DNA of 56,587 nt from a virus (lineage: Duplodnaviria; Caudoviricetes): positions 1 through 56,587 of the IMG/VR virus record IMGVR_UViG_3300032092_000034, one strand, 5' to 3'. The notes below the pieces were generated by a model. That model saw only the letters and a list, made by a program, of their open reading frames with translations, was not told the DNA's origin and did no database searches. Below, piece by piece: positions 1 to 8,275 of this stretch (position 1 is its first letter; each line of letters opens with the position of its first letter). A program made the translations under genes and the position numbers.

Positions 1-100
1 TGCTATCCGTCGCTGTGGCTGTCTCTGCTATGAATGCGTTGTAGACAGAATTACTAAGCGACGAAAACGGGGCTTGTGAGAATGCGGATATGCCGAACAC
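1..100 (-). CDS. 5' part of putative tail fibre/tail protein (truncated at window edge)
   Basis: GTG at 100 opens MFGISAFSQAPFSSLSNSVYNAFIAETATATDS..., an N-terminus typical of phage tail proteins; lies downstream of the neck/tail genes. Confidence 0.55.
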   Translation of the reverse strand, partial: MFGISAFSQAPFSSLSNSVYNAFIAETATATDS

Positions 101-118
101 TCGTCATGCCCCACTCAT

Positions 119-295
119 TTAAACTGCTGCCAAATCAGATTCGGCAAACCAGCGTTGTTGTGTACGACCGTTGACATCTGTCCACTCAATCAAGTAAGAC
201 ACATTGCCATCTTCATCCATACGCATACTGATTACTGGGCCTTGGGGAACAACGCCAGCCAGTTTTACGACATCGCCTTTTTTGAATGTTGCCAT
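119..295 (-). CDS. small hypothetical protein (58 aa), SH3/YodC-like pattern
   Basis: Not in ORF track. Translated by hand: MATFKKGDVVKLAGVVPQGPVISMRMDEDGNVSYLIEWTDVNGRTQQRWFAESDLAAV. Fills the gap between flanking minus-strand genes. Confidence 0.7.
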   Translation of the reverse strand: MATFKKGDVVKLAGVVPQGPVISMRMDEDGNVSYLIEWTDVNGRTQQRWFAESDLAAV

Positions 296-297
296 GA

Positions 298-879
298 TTA
301 ACCTGCCAAGCTAAGTGTGTAAGTGACGTTCAGCGTATCGCCTGAAACAACAGAGCGGTCGCCGGGAGAGGTGAAGTCAGATGCAGAGTACAGAGTACCT
401 GTTGATCCGCTCTTTGTGTTGTCGCTGACCAAGAATGCGCCGCCAACAGTTGACGTTGCGTTGATACTGTAAACAGCAGGAGAAGCTGAGTTGGTGGCTA
501 CAGATGGGTTGGCTGTGGTGGGTGTGGCAAATGTGCAAGCAGGGCGGGTTGCTTGGCTGTAAGGAACAACTTCAATCCATCCGGCATGTGAGGACATGGT
601 GTCGCCAGCGGCAGGGCTGTTTGATGCGCCTGAACCGTACAAACCAATATACCAAGTGGCGGTGTAAGCACTGCCAAGGAAGTACTTGTTGTTCATATCT
701 TGCAAACCACCATTGACGACCAGATTGGGACATTCAGCTTCCCACTTCAGGTTTCCGTCTTTGTCAAAGCACTGCATGGTGTAAACGCCTTTGGCAGACG
801 CTGTTTCTACAGACTCCAAGGCTTTGGTGATTGCGCTACCAATAACGTCGGTGGCTTTGGCTTTTTCTATGGTTGACAT
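298..879 (-). CDS. virion structural (tail-associated) protein
   Basis: 193 aa, Ser/Thr/Gly-rich beta protein ending DTLNVTYTLSL; GGAG RBS upstream; late operon context. Confidence 0.65.
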   Translation of the reverse strand: MSTIEKAKATDVIGSAITKALESVETASAKGVYTMQCFDKDGNLKWEAECPNLVVNGGLQDMNNKYFLGSAYTATWYIGLYGSGASNSPAAGDTMSSHAGWIEVVPYSQATRPACTFATPTTANPSVATNSASPAVYSINATSTVGGAFLVSDNTKSGSTGTLYSASDFTSPGDRSVVSGDTLNVTYTLSLAG

Positions 880-889
880 TTGTTGCTCC

Positions 890-1312
890 TTAAATAAGTC
901 GAATGAGTGCAGATGTGCTGGTGTTAGCAGGCATCGTCACAATGAAACTATTGGTAGATGTTTTGTCATTACCAAAATCTAAAACGCAGATTGCGCCGTT
1001 TGCTCCGGCTTTGTAGATCAAAGCGCCACGAGCAGTGATTGACCCAGTCCATGCTGGAGATGTAAAGGATACATACACAACACTGCCGGAAGATGTTGGC
1101 TCAGATGAAACTGTTGCTGTTACAACATTACCGCCAGCAACGTAATTTCCACCAGACGCTTCGCCTGTGGTCGTGTACTCGGTCGTGGTTTGGTTCAACG
1201 TGGCATTGTTGGTGTACAGCGCCAAATAGAACGTGTCGGTAGTCAAGTTGATTGACGCATTAGCCAAGCCAGCGCGAAGCGTATTGCAGGAGAAGTTGCC
1301 GGTGAACGCCAT
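890..1312 (-). CDS. virion structural (tail-associated) protein
   Basis: 140 aa; DTFYLALYT...ARGALIY...CVLDFG pattern common in phage tail modules. Confidence 0.65.
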   Translation of the reverse strand: MAFTGNFSCNTLRAGLANASINLTTDTFYLALYTNNATLNQTTTEYTTTGEASGGNYVAGGNVVTATVSSEPTSSGSVVYVSFTSPAWTGSITARGALIYKAGANGAICVLDFGNDKTSTNSFIVTMPANTSTSALIRLI

Positions 1313-2002
1313 TTATCGCACCCCGTTATTCTGAGGTAGCGGGGCCACACGGTACTGACCACTGCGGTATGCGTCACTGCGCTCCAAACCATCACCAAGA
1401 CGTTGAGCAAGTGCAAGTGCTTCTTTGTATTTGCCGTCATACAAAGCCATGATGTCTGGCTCGCCCTTCATGTAGGTGTAAGCCTCAACCAGTGTTCCGT
1501 ATAACAGAACAGAATCAAAGTTGTCCCCTAACCATGTAGTGGACGCCGTAACAATTGACTCGGGGTAATAGTAGTAATGCAACTCGACGTTATACGCAGA
1601 ATCAGGTGTTGGGCCGAGAATGAAACTCAACTCGTTTGTCACAACAGGGGTTGCACCCGAAGTCGTGGTTGGGCCAAACAATGCGTAGTACTTGGGCAGT
1701 GCGGTGTCAGTTGGCTGCGGGTACGCCTGACGAATGAAGTTCACATCCTTGTTCAACAAATACTCGTAGTTGCCACTTGCGTCAATCACCGCCATAGAGA
1801 ACGATGACAAGAAGTCGCCGGGGCAAGATAAGTACTTGTTTCCAGACGCTGTTACCCCCGTCACGTTTTTACGCAACGAAGGGAACTGAACTGTGTTGTA
1901 GATGCGCTGTTCTGCCTGAGTTATGAACGTGTTCATATTCGCCGTCGGGACGGTGTTCTCAGTGTAGTCAGTGACCGCAACTACAAGCTGGGCGTAATTC
2001 AT
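1313..2002 (-). CDS. putative head-tail adaptor/neck protein
   Basis: 229 aa; FITQAEQRI, G-P-T-P-D-x-x-Y-x-V-E-L-H-Y-Y and LLYGTLVEAY motifs typical of phage adaptor proteins. Confidence 0.6.
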   Translation of the reverse strand: MNYAQLVVAVTDYTENTVPTANMNTFITQAEQRIYNTVQFPSLRKNVTGVTASGNKYLSCPGDFLSSFSMAVIDASGNYEYLLNKDVNFIRQAYPQPTDTALPKYYALFGPTTTSGATPVVTNELSFILGPTPDSAYNVELHYYYYPESIVTASTTWLGDNFDSVLLYGTLVEAYTYMKGEPDIMALYDGKYKEALALAQRLGDGLERSDAYRSGQYRVAPLPQNNGVR

Positions 2003-2265
2003 GCCATTGGGCCTCTAGACATCAAGCCTTTGGTAGCTGCGCCTGTGCCGCGCATTTTGATGCCGTCGGTTTTGATAGGCTGGTTACCGGCAGCTTTGCT
2101 GACATTGCCAACGCTCATATTGACTGTTTTGGCTTCGCTGTGGTTTGGCAGTTTGCCGGGGTTGGGTTCAATACCAACAGCTTTGCCGGTCATGGTGTGC
2201 GGTTGTGCATACACCATAGCGTTGCCAACTTCTTTGCCCATTCGTTTGTCGCTGAATTTAGCCAT
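1999..2265 (-). CDS. small basic protein ending in a variant of the shared tag (RGTGAATKG)
   Basis: 88 aa; overlaps both neighbours in translational-coupling fashion. Confidence 0.75.
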   Translation of the reverse strand: MAKFSDKRMGKEVGNAMVYAQPHTMTGKAVGIEPNPGKLPNHSEAKTVNMSVGNVSKAAGNQPIKTDGIKMRGTGAATKGLMSRGPMA

Positions 2266-2444
2266 TATTTGCCTCGCTGATTTGCAACTTTAGCCATACC
2301 ACGACCCATGCTCAACATCATCTCATTGGTCTTGCCGCCTTTGGCTAATTTGGTCATAGGCTTGCCGGGGTGCAGCTTTTTCTCGTGCTTATGCACAGCT
2401 CCAGCAATCATTTTTTTGTCCTGCTTTAAGTCTTTTTTGTCCAT
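2265..2444 (-). CDS. small basic protein (59 aa) with LAKGG motif
   Basis: Not in ORF track. MDKKDLKQDKKMIAGAVHKHEKKLHPGKPMTKLAKGGKTNEMMLSMGRGMAKVANQRGK; GGAG RBS at 2451-2454; TAATG overlap with next gene. Confidence 0.8.
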   Translation of the reverse strand: MDKKDLKQDKKMIAGAVHKHEKKLHPGKPMTKLAKGGKTNEMMLSMGRGMAKVANQRGK

Positions 2445-2454
2445 GATCGACTCC

Positions 2455-2880
2455 TTATGTCGTTGTTACCGTAACTGTACCAAGTTCTACAACTAAAACC
2501 AAGTTATTTGGTGTTAGCTCAGCGTCAAAACCTGAAGCGCCCCCAACAGGATACCAACCCCACTGGAAAATTCGACTACCGCCTTCGTTCGTCCCTGACC
2601 CATCAATCCCAGTGCCAGTTGGGTCAAGCTGCAACCCGTTTGTTCCAGAAATCACATAACTCCGGTCAGGTCTAGGATTTCTCAAAGCCTGCGGGTCATC
2701 CACAGGATACATACCCAACTGCAACTGAGGGTGATCTGGATCCCAACACTCAGGACAAACCAACAAGTTATATTGTTTTGTCTTGATGATCTCGGTCTTC
2801 AGAACCTTCAGTTTAAACCGTTGTCCACACCGATCACACTCGGAAATTGCGTTCTTGCCAGAGGCAAAACGATTACTCAC
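2455..2880 (-). CDS. zinc-ribbon protein (CxxC...CxxC), late operon
   Basis: CDRC and CPEC pairs followed by DPDHPQL. Confidence 0.7.
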   Translation of the reverse strand: MSNRFASGKNAISECDRCGQRFKLKVLKTEIIKTKQYNLLVCPECWDPDHPQLQLGMYPVDDPQALRNPRPDRSYVISGTNGLQLDPTGTGIDGSGTNEGGSRIFQWGWYPVGGASGFDAELTPNNLVLVVELGTVTVTTT

Positions 2881-2882
2881 CG

Positions 2883-3809
2883 CTACCTCCCAATGTAGGT
2901 TTGACGGGGTACGAGTCTCAAAGCTGCCTTCTCATGATCTTCGTATGCTGCTAGTTCCCAAGCTTCGTCATACTGCGTCTTGAGGAACGGAATGCGCTCT
3001 GCGCCATTGGGAATCTTTCCAGCGATGTAATACGACAGGCCAGCCGCCATACAGGGCAAGAATCTAAAAGGAACGTCCATGATATTGACACCGCCGCCTG
3101 CGTCTTGGGTACGTCGCAGCCGCCAATACACAAATTGGTATTGCTGTGCATTGTCTGGGGTAGGCCAAACGGTGATCGCGGGGACTTGTTGCCAATAAAC
3201 AGCAGTTGCACTTGTGTGGCTTGCGGCGGTTGTGTTTTGCTGACCCCGGAAACAGTTATATAGGGTGTTCCCTGAGATATAGCTGTAGTTGATGATCTCG
3301 TTGTCAATCTTTACAAAGCCAGCGGCGGGTAAGCCAACAGCAGAATTCAGCGTAATCTCGGTGTCAGTGCTTGTGATTGCGCCACTAAGGGTTAACCCTG
3401 TCGGCGAAGTTTGACCGTTGTAGCGTTGAATCCAAACCTGAATAGGTCTGGCTTGTTGAATCTTGTTGGGGATCGTAGCGTAGGTAGAAACGCTAATCCT
3501 TGTGATACTCAAGTCAGCCTGAGTTGCGGCTACGTTTGCACCCGTACGGATCACATGCTCAAGCAAGTCAATGGTGTCGTCAGGCAGGGCGTATGTGTTC
3601 TGACCCTGCACAAAGTCAATCGTGCCGGTCTCGATAGTCCACAAGTTGATGCCACGGTTTGCCCAGTCAGCAAACATAATATTCAAACTACGTCTGGCTG
3701 TACGCAGGTCATATCCGGTGCGAAGCTCACCACCGGCGCGTTCAAACGCCTCCTCTACCAACTCGGTGAGGTCTAGGTTAAAGCCACTTGCGCCGGAAGT
3801 TTGTGCCAT
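2883..3809 (-). CDS. head-to-tail adaptor (P22 gp4-like) with inserted beta domain
   Basis: ELVEEAFERAG...ARRSLN N-terminal helices, VWPTPD, and C-terminal PFRFLPCMAAGLSYYIA. Confidence 0.65.
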   Translation of the reverse strand: MAQTSGASGFNLDLTELVEEAFERAGGELRTGYDLRTARRSLNIMFADWANRGINLWTIETGTIDFVQGQNTYALPDDTIDLLEHVIRTGANVAATQADLSITRISVSTYATIPNKIQQARPIQVWIQRYNGQTSPTGLTLSGAITSTDTEITLNSAVGLPAAGFVKIDNEIINYSYISGNTLYNCFRGQQNTTAASHTSATAVYWQQVPAITVWPTPDNAQQYQFVYWRLRRTQDAGGGVNIMDVPFRFLPCMAAGLSYYIAGKIPNGAERIPFLKTQYDEAWELAAYEDHEKAALRLVPRQTYIGR

Positions 3810-4012
3810 TAAATCATCTCCGCAGTTTCATGAGCCTTTAAAAGCGCTTTTAACCGTTCAATTTCTTTGTCTCGCTCTTCAAGTTTACGCATAAGGCTGT
3901 CGTTCATATCAGCCCACATCACGACTTGTTCCATGCGCTGCTTATGATCCCTGTGCATGAGTTCAAACATGCGCTCAGACATTTCAATTTGCTTTTGGAT
4001 GAAGGTAATCAT
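3809..4012 (-). CDS. small coiled-coil hypothetical protein
   Basis: 67 aa; TAATG coupling at both ends. Confidence 0.7.
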   Translation of the reverse strand: MITFIQKQIEMSERMFELMHRDHKQRMEQVVMWADMNDSLMRKLEERDKEIERLKALLKAHETAEMI

Positions 4013-4245
4013 TATCTAAATCCTGCCGTTTTCTTTGCCACTTTGGGTGGTTGTTTTACGAATTGTTTGCCTTTAGCTTTGCCAGCACGTTTTGCGCGTG
4101 TTGTCGCAGCGTACTCAGAAGGGCTAAGGCTTTTAATTGCAGCCTCAGGAAGGTATCTTTCGCCTGTGTCAGAAGATTTTTTACCACTTTTGGTTCTCCA
4201 TTTTTGATCGCCCCAGTTTTTAAGGGAAGTCTGCGGCGCTTTCAA
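4012..4245 (-). CDS. basic protein, second half of a DUF5872-like unit
   Basis: Likely TTG start at 4245 overlapping the upstream TGA; SLKNWGDQKWRTKSGK...GERYLP...GKQFV. Family recalled from motifs. Confidence 0.65.
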   Translation of the reverse strand: MKAPQTSLKNWGDQKWRTKSGKKSSDTGERYLPEAAIKSLSPSEYAATTRAKRAGKAKGKQFVKQPPKVAKKTAGFR

Positions 4246-4520
4246 TCTCTGTACCCCCCGCCAGCAGCCTTGTACTTCTTGGCTACCAACTGAGCTTTCC
4301 TTGCTGACCACTGACCAGCACCCGTGCCATGAGTAGCTGCTGCTTTGACCTGAGACACAATCCGCTTACGCAGACTTGGTTTCGTGTAATTTCCCGCAGC
4401 ATTGACCTTGCCACCATCCGCATACATATCCACGTCTTGCGGCTTGTCCTTGCGATGGATAACCTTCTTCCCCGGCATCTTCTTGGGGTTGATTGCGCCC
4501 ATGCCACGAGAAGACATCAT
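4242..4520 (-). CDS. basic protein with YADGG motif, first half of a DUF5872-like unit
   Basis: Start at ATG 4520 (TGATG overlap); YTKPSLRKRI...GQWSARKAQLVAKKYKAAGGGY. Confidence 0.7.
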   Translation of the reverse strand: MMSSRGMGAINPKKMPGKKVIHRKDKPQDVDMYADGGKVNAAGNYTKPSLRKRIVSQVKAAATHGTGAGQWSARKAQLVAKKYKAAGGGYRD

Positions 4521-4822
4521 CAGACCATCTTCCCGCGAGTTTTGCCTTTGGTGCAGCAACCATCAGCACGGCTAGAGGCGGATGAAACCATCCCGCCTTT
4601 TTTCATTTGGGTCGCCATACTGCCTTTTTTTGCACGCTCTTCTTCGGCAGCAGCCAAAGCCTTAGATTCAGCTAAAACTTTAGCAACGGAATCTTTTTGA
4701 GCATCCTTGGCAATCATTTGAGGGAGTAAACCAATACCGCCCTGACTAGCCAATTTGCCAATCATTCCTTTACCCGAGGCAATTCCCATCACGGGACTGA
4801 GATCTTCTAAACTTATTGCCAT
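4520..4822 (-). CDS. tagged small protein (array member)
   Basis: Ends MKKGGMVSSASSRADGCCTKGKTRGKMV. Confidence 0.85.
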   Translation of the reverse strand: MAISLEDLSPVMGIASGKGMIGKLASQGGIGLLPQMIAKDAQKDSVAKVLAESKALAAAEEERAKKGSMATQMKKGGMVSSASSRADGCCTKGKTRGKMV

Positions 4823-4824
4823 GA

Positions 4825-5298
4825 TTACACCATCTTTCCGCGAGTCTTACCCTTGGTACAGCAGCCGTCAGCACGGCTGGAAGCTGTCATGCCGCCTTTG
4901 GCAAATGCTTTACCCATTTCTGTTTTGGTGGTGGGCGCAGTCTTTCTCTTCTGGTAATCTTCCTCGTCTTTTGCTTCTTGCATAGACTGCTTCTGACCTG
5001 CGGTCATTGGCTCTTCTTTACCACGAGACTCACGTTTCATCTCGCTTGCGGCTTCACGGCGATCTTGAGCGCGTTTTTCGTCACCTGCTTTAGTTGCCGT
5101 ACGGTCAGCATTACCAATTGCCGCCATAGTCCCCGCCGCTGCTAATGGAGCACCAAAACCTAAAACTGCAATTTTTTCAGCTTCGGCATCGGGGTTATAT
5201 GATTTTTTGGGTGATGATTTATACCTACCCATTCCTGCGCCAGCGCCGCCACCTTCAAGTGGGTTCAAGTCGGCGTAATGTCTTGAGTGTTTTCCCAT
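4825..5298 (-). CDS. tagged small protein (array member)
   Basis: Ends FAKGGMTASSRADGCCTKGKTRGKMV. Confidence 0.85.
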   Translation of the reverse strand: MGKHSRHYADLNPLEGGGAGAGMGRYKSSPKKSYNPDAEAEKIAVLGFGAPLAAAGTMAAIGNADRTATKAGDEKRAQDRREAASEMKRESRGKEEPMTAGQKQSMQEAKDEEDYQKRKTAPTTKTEMGKAFAKGGMTASSRADGCCTKGKTRGKMV

Positions 5299-5300
5299 GA

Positions 5301-6209
5301 TTAACAGATCCTTCCGCGAGTTTTGCCTTTAGTGGCGATGCCGTCACCACGACGCGAAGCAGTCATGCCGCCTTTACGAAAGTTTTCAGCCATACCTTTG
5401 GGGCCAGCAAGCCAAGCATTGGGGTTCAGTGTCTTTGCTTCCCGTGCGGCTTGTCTTGCAGCCAAAGCTTCTGCTGGACTCATACCTTCTGCGGCACGTC
5501 GTTCAGCTTGTGCAGCGTTGTAAGCTTTTTGTGTCCTACCCGCAGTTGACATTTCTGCGCCAATTTTTCCAAGGCCACCACCTATAGGGGTAAGTGCGGA
5601 CATGGTGTTAGAGACATTACGTCCCAGCTCTGTACTGTCAATACGTTCGCCGCCTTCAGGAGCGCGTCTGCTTTGACCGGGGATTTGATCTACAGGAGAC
5701 AACTTGGACCTACGCATTTGCGCTGCCGCTGCGCGGGAAGCGTTACTCATTGCATCTGTAGACTTTGAAGTTTGATTAGATGGTGCTGCCATTAAATCTT
5801 TACGGGCCGCTACTTTGCTCTCAACCGCCCTCAAAGAAGGCATTGGCTTGTTACCTTCAGTACGCTTGGCGTCACCACCGGGAACTGCGCGACTTGAGGT
5901 AGTAGTTGTTTTGTCTTCCGCATCAACCTTGGCTTCAGCTTTGGGCGAAGATTTCAATTTAAGATTTTTGTCGCTATCGGTCCCGCCTCCATAACCGATA
6001 TTTGAAGCCTTGTTTTTGGTAGTACCGGTGTACGAAGACTCGTTTGTGGCTTTAAAAGGCTCGTCTTTAGCCTCGACTTTTTTAGTGTCTTTGGTATAAG
6101 AACTTGTCTTCTGATCGCCAGCGTTGTCTTTGTCTTTGCCCATTTGGGACAGTTTGTACCCAAGAAAACCGAGTGCGGCTAGACCCGCTAAATCTTTTGC
6201 TTTCGCCAT
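5301..6209 (-). CDS. tagged low-complexity protein (array member, 302 aa)
   Basis: Ends FRKGGMTASRRGDGIATKGKTRGRIC; AGGAG RBS. Confidence 0.85.
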   Translation of the reverse strand: MAKAKDLAGLAALGFLGYKLSQMGKDKDNAGDQKTSSYTKDTKKVEAKDEPFKATNESSYTGTTKNKASNIGYGGGTDSDKNLKLKSSPKAEAKVDAEDKTTTTSSRAVPGGDAKRTEGNKPMPSLRAVESKVAARKDLMAAPSNQTSKSTDAMSNASRAAAAQMRRSKLSPVDQIPGQSRRAPEGGERIDSTELGRNVSNTMSALTPIGGGLGKIGAEMSTAGRTQKAYNAAQAERRAAEGMSPAEALAARQAAREAKTLNPNAWLAGPKGMAENFRKGGMTASRRGDGIATKGKTRGRIC

Positions 6210-6221
6210 GATTGGCTCCTT

Positions 6222-6593
6222 TTAGCAGCTTTTGCCGCCCTTGTTCATTTTGACCATCTTGCCTTTGGTTTTACCCTTGGCTTCGATGCCGCCGCCTTTA
6301 GCCATTTTCTTCATGCCGTCTTTGGCAGTGTCCATACCTTTTTTCATTGCAGGCTTGCCCATCTTAGAAGGCATCTCTGATTTTTTACCTGCTGCCATCT
6401 CTTTTTTCTTGGCAATCATTTCCATGAAAGGGTTTGCTTTAGCCATATCACCACCTCTTTTAAAAGTTTTGCCTTTGTCGGCGTTTGAAAATTCTTTACC
6501 CACAGACTGCGGGACTCCGGCTTTCTTGGCAAACGCTGGGTTGTGGGCCACCGCTTCCATGAAATTGTGCTGCTTCTTACTCGTGCTCGGCAT
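6222..6593 (-). CDS. tagged Lys/Met-rich protein (array member)
   Basis: Probable start MPSTSKKQHNFM at 6593; contains FKRGG, MAKGGGIEAKGKTKGKMV and MNKGG. Confidence 0.8.
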   Translation of the reverse strand: MPSTSKKQHNFMEAVAHNPAFAKKAGVPQSVGKEFSNADKGKTFKRGGDMAKANPFMEMIAKKKEMAAGKKSEMPSKMGKPAMKKGMDTAKDGMKKMAKGGGIEAKGKTKGKMVKMNKGGKSC

Positions 6594-6783
6594 CGTCGTC
6601 TTTCTTTTTACGGAACAACGTGGAGAAATCTTTGCCTGTAGCCATTTCGTAAATACGCATGGCACCCACTATTGCACCGATCAAGCCAAATACGGGCGTG
6701 AGTAAGTTTAAAAATGTACCGAGTGTAGTAAACACTGCTACGACATCTAATACATTTTTTGCGGTGTCTGTATGTTCAGTCAT
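6577..6783 (-). CDS. small membrane protein (holin-like topology)
   Basis: 68 aa; hydrophobic stretch VLDVVAVFTTLGTFLNLLTPVFGLIGAIVGAM and charged C-terminus. Confidence 0.6.
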   Translation of the reverse strand: MTEHTDTAKNVLDVVAVFTTLGTFLNLLTPVFGLIGAIVGAMRIYEMATGKDFSTLFRKKKDDDAEHE

Positions 6784-7094
6784 ACGAATCTACCCTTCGT
6801 TTTGCCTTTGGTAGCACAGCCATCTGCGCGTGAGGAGGCTGTCATGCCGCCTTTTTTAAACTTGGGTTTCCTCAACCCAATCACTTTACCCCGTGTTTCG
6901 CGTTTTACTTCATCATCCGCCTCATCTCTTGCAGATTTTATTGACTCTAACTTATCCTCCCGAGAAGTTTTAGGGTCAAGAACTGTGTTGTAATATTTTT
7001 TTTCGCCCGCGTGTTCGCCAATTTTAGTTTTTGCTAGGCTAAGTTCTTCAGACGTACGGTCTTTAAAATCCGGGAATGATAGTTTTTTAGCCAT
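6780..7094 (-). CDS. tagged small protein (array member)
   Basis: Ends FKKGGMTASSRADGCATKGKTKGRFV. Confidence 0.85.
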   Translation of the reverse strand: MAKKLSFPDFKDRTSEELSLAKTKIGEHAGEKKYYNTVLDPKTSREDKLESIKSARDEADDEVKRETRGKVIGLRKPKFKKGGMTASSRADGCATKGKTKGRFV

Positions 7095-7418
7095 TTACAC
7101 AAACCTACCCTTCGTTTTGCCTTTGGTAGCGCAACCATCAGCTTTGGTGACGTAGCCGCCTTCAGCGCAGTTCCATGCACGGAGGCTCTTGTTAATCCTC
7201 GAATCTGGATCCCTTGCGGTTTCGGCGCTCGTCAATTTCGCTTTCATCCCTTTCATACGGGCGCAGAAAGAGTCTCGCCTGCTGCCGCCTTGGGGCTGCG
7301 GAGCTTTTAACCCCGGTTTCCCGGGATTCGCTGCGTTGTAAGAAGCCCGTCCTTTGGCGTTCAGCCCGCCTTTCGGATTCTTCCCTTCTTTGCGCGTCCA
7401 TGCTGGGGATTTAGCCAT
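7095..7418 (-). CDS. DUF6321-like basic protein with appended tag (array member)
   Basis: GGLNAKGRASY...RRDSFCARM...SRINKSLRAWNC (family recalled from motifs) followed by AEGGYVTKADGCATKGKTKGRFV. Confidence 0.8.
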   Translation of the reverse strand: MAKSPAWTRKEGKNPKGGLNAKGRASYNAANPGKPGLKAPQPQGGSRRDSFCARMKGMKAKLTSAETARDPDSRINKSLRAWNCAEGGYVTKADGCATKGKTKGRFV

Positions 7419-7701
7419 AAAATGTCGTCACTTTAGCTACATTGGGGGCCGTGCCGGGTAGCGTCACATGAATGTCTGTCTCGAACAAAATGCCTTCGCC
7501 GGGAATGAGCAATGAAACGGGTTGTGTACCTGTACCAATATTAAATTGCAACCTCACAGTACCGGAAGCACCGCCGTCACGAAAAATAATATCCCCCGCT
7601 GTTCCACCAGAAATGCAATGATATGCCTTGAGGCGGTTGCGCCCCGATACCACTGTACCTGTCGCTTCTACGTGCGCGGATTTAACGTCTGTCTGCATCA
7701 T
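7411..7701 (-). CDS. small virion structural protein
   Basis: beta-rich ~96 aa ending IPGEGILF...VTTFYG; AGGAG RBS; start codon uncertain (7698/7701). Confidence 0.6.
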   Translation of the reverse strand: MMQTDVKSAHVEATGTVVSGRNRLKAYHCISGGTAGDIIFRDGGASGTVRLQFNIGTGTQPVSLLIPGEGILFETDIHVTLPGTAPNVAKVTTFYG

Positions 7702-7745
7702 AATCAATCTCCTGTTATTAGGGGGCCGAAGCCCCCTTGGGTTGA

Positions 7746-8267
7746 TTAAGCTGTACGAGAGAACACGTAAGCTGTGGCACTAGAGAACATGATAGTGAAA
7801 CGAGCAAGTCCTGTTACGCCAGAAGGTACTGTCAACAGACCTGCGCCAGCACCTGAACCGGCGGCGGCGGCGGCAGACAAGATGCCGTTAGTTGCCACAG
7901 CAATTGTTACTGTGTTTGCGCCAGCGGTGTTGTCAACAAACAAGTCCAGCGTAGTGCCGCGAGTTGCACCAATAGCAGTACCAAGGTCTGTGCCGGTAGG
8001 CAAGGTGATGGTTGTGGCTGCTGCGGAGGTTGAAGTGATGTAGCCTGTAGCAACTTCTGCTGCGGTGGCTGTAGCCGTTGCGTTGATAGCAGCGGTTGAT
8101 GGATGATTTATATCGGTAAAGACCAGATTTGTGGCTGTTAAATTGGTTACGCTAGTGGTAACACCAAGAGTAGAAGTCGTAGTGACTGCGCCAGTGGTTG
8201 AGTTGATAGAAACAGTCTCAAAACCGTTCTGCGATCTTACTGGGCCGCTAAATGTACTATTTGCCAT
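7746..8267 (-). CDS. virion structural protein (head decoration/fibre-like)
   Basis: MANSTFSGPVRSQNGF N-terminus; Ala/Thr-rich; TITLPT motif. Confidence 0.65.
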   Translation of the reverse strand: MANSTFSGPVRSQNGFETVSINSTTGAVTTTSTLGVTTSVTNLTATNLVFTDINHPSTAAINATATATAAEVATGYITSTSAAATTITLPTGTDLGTAIGATRGTTLDLFVDNTAGANTVTIAVATNGILSAAAAAGSGAGAGLLTVPSGVTGLARFTIMFSSATAYVFSRTA

Positions 8268-8275
8268 GTTTAATT

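Noticed and set aside
4520-7418. Tagged array as RiPP/bacteriocin precursors with double-glycine leaders, or as a diversity-generating retroelement
   Set aside because: The conserved part lies after GG and the variable part before it, the reverse of leader peptides. No modifying enzymes, transporter or reverse transcriptase are present.
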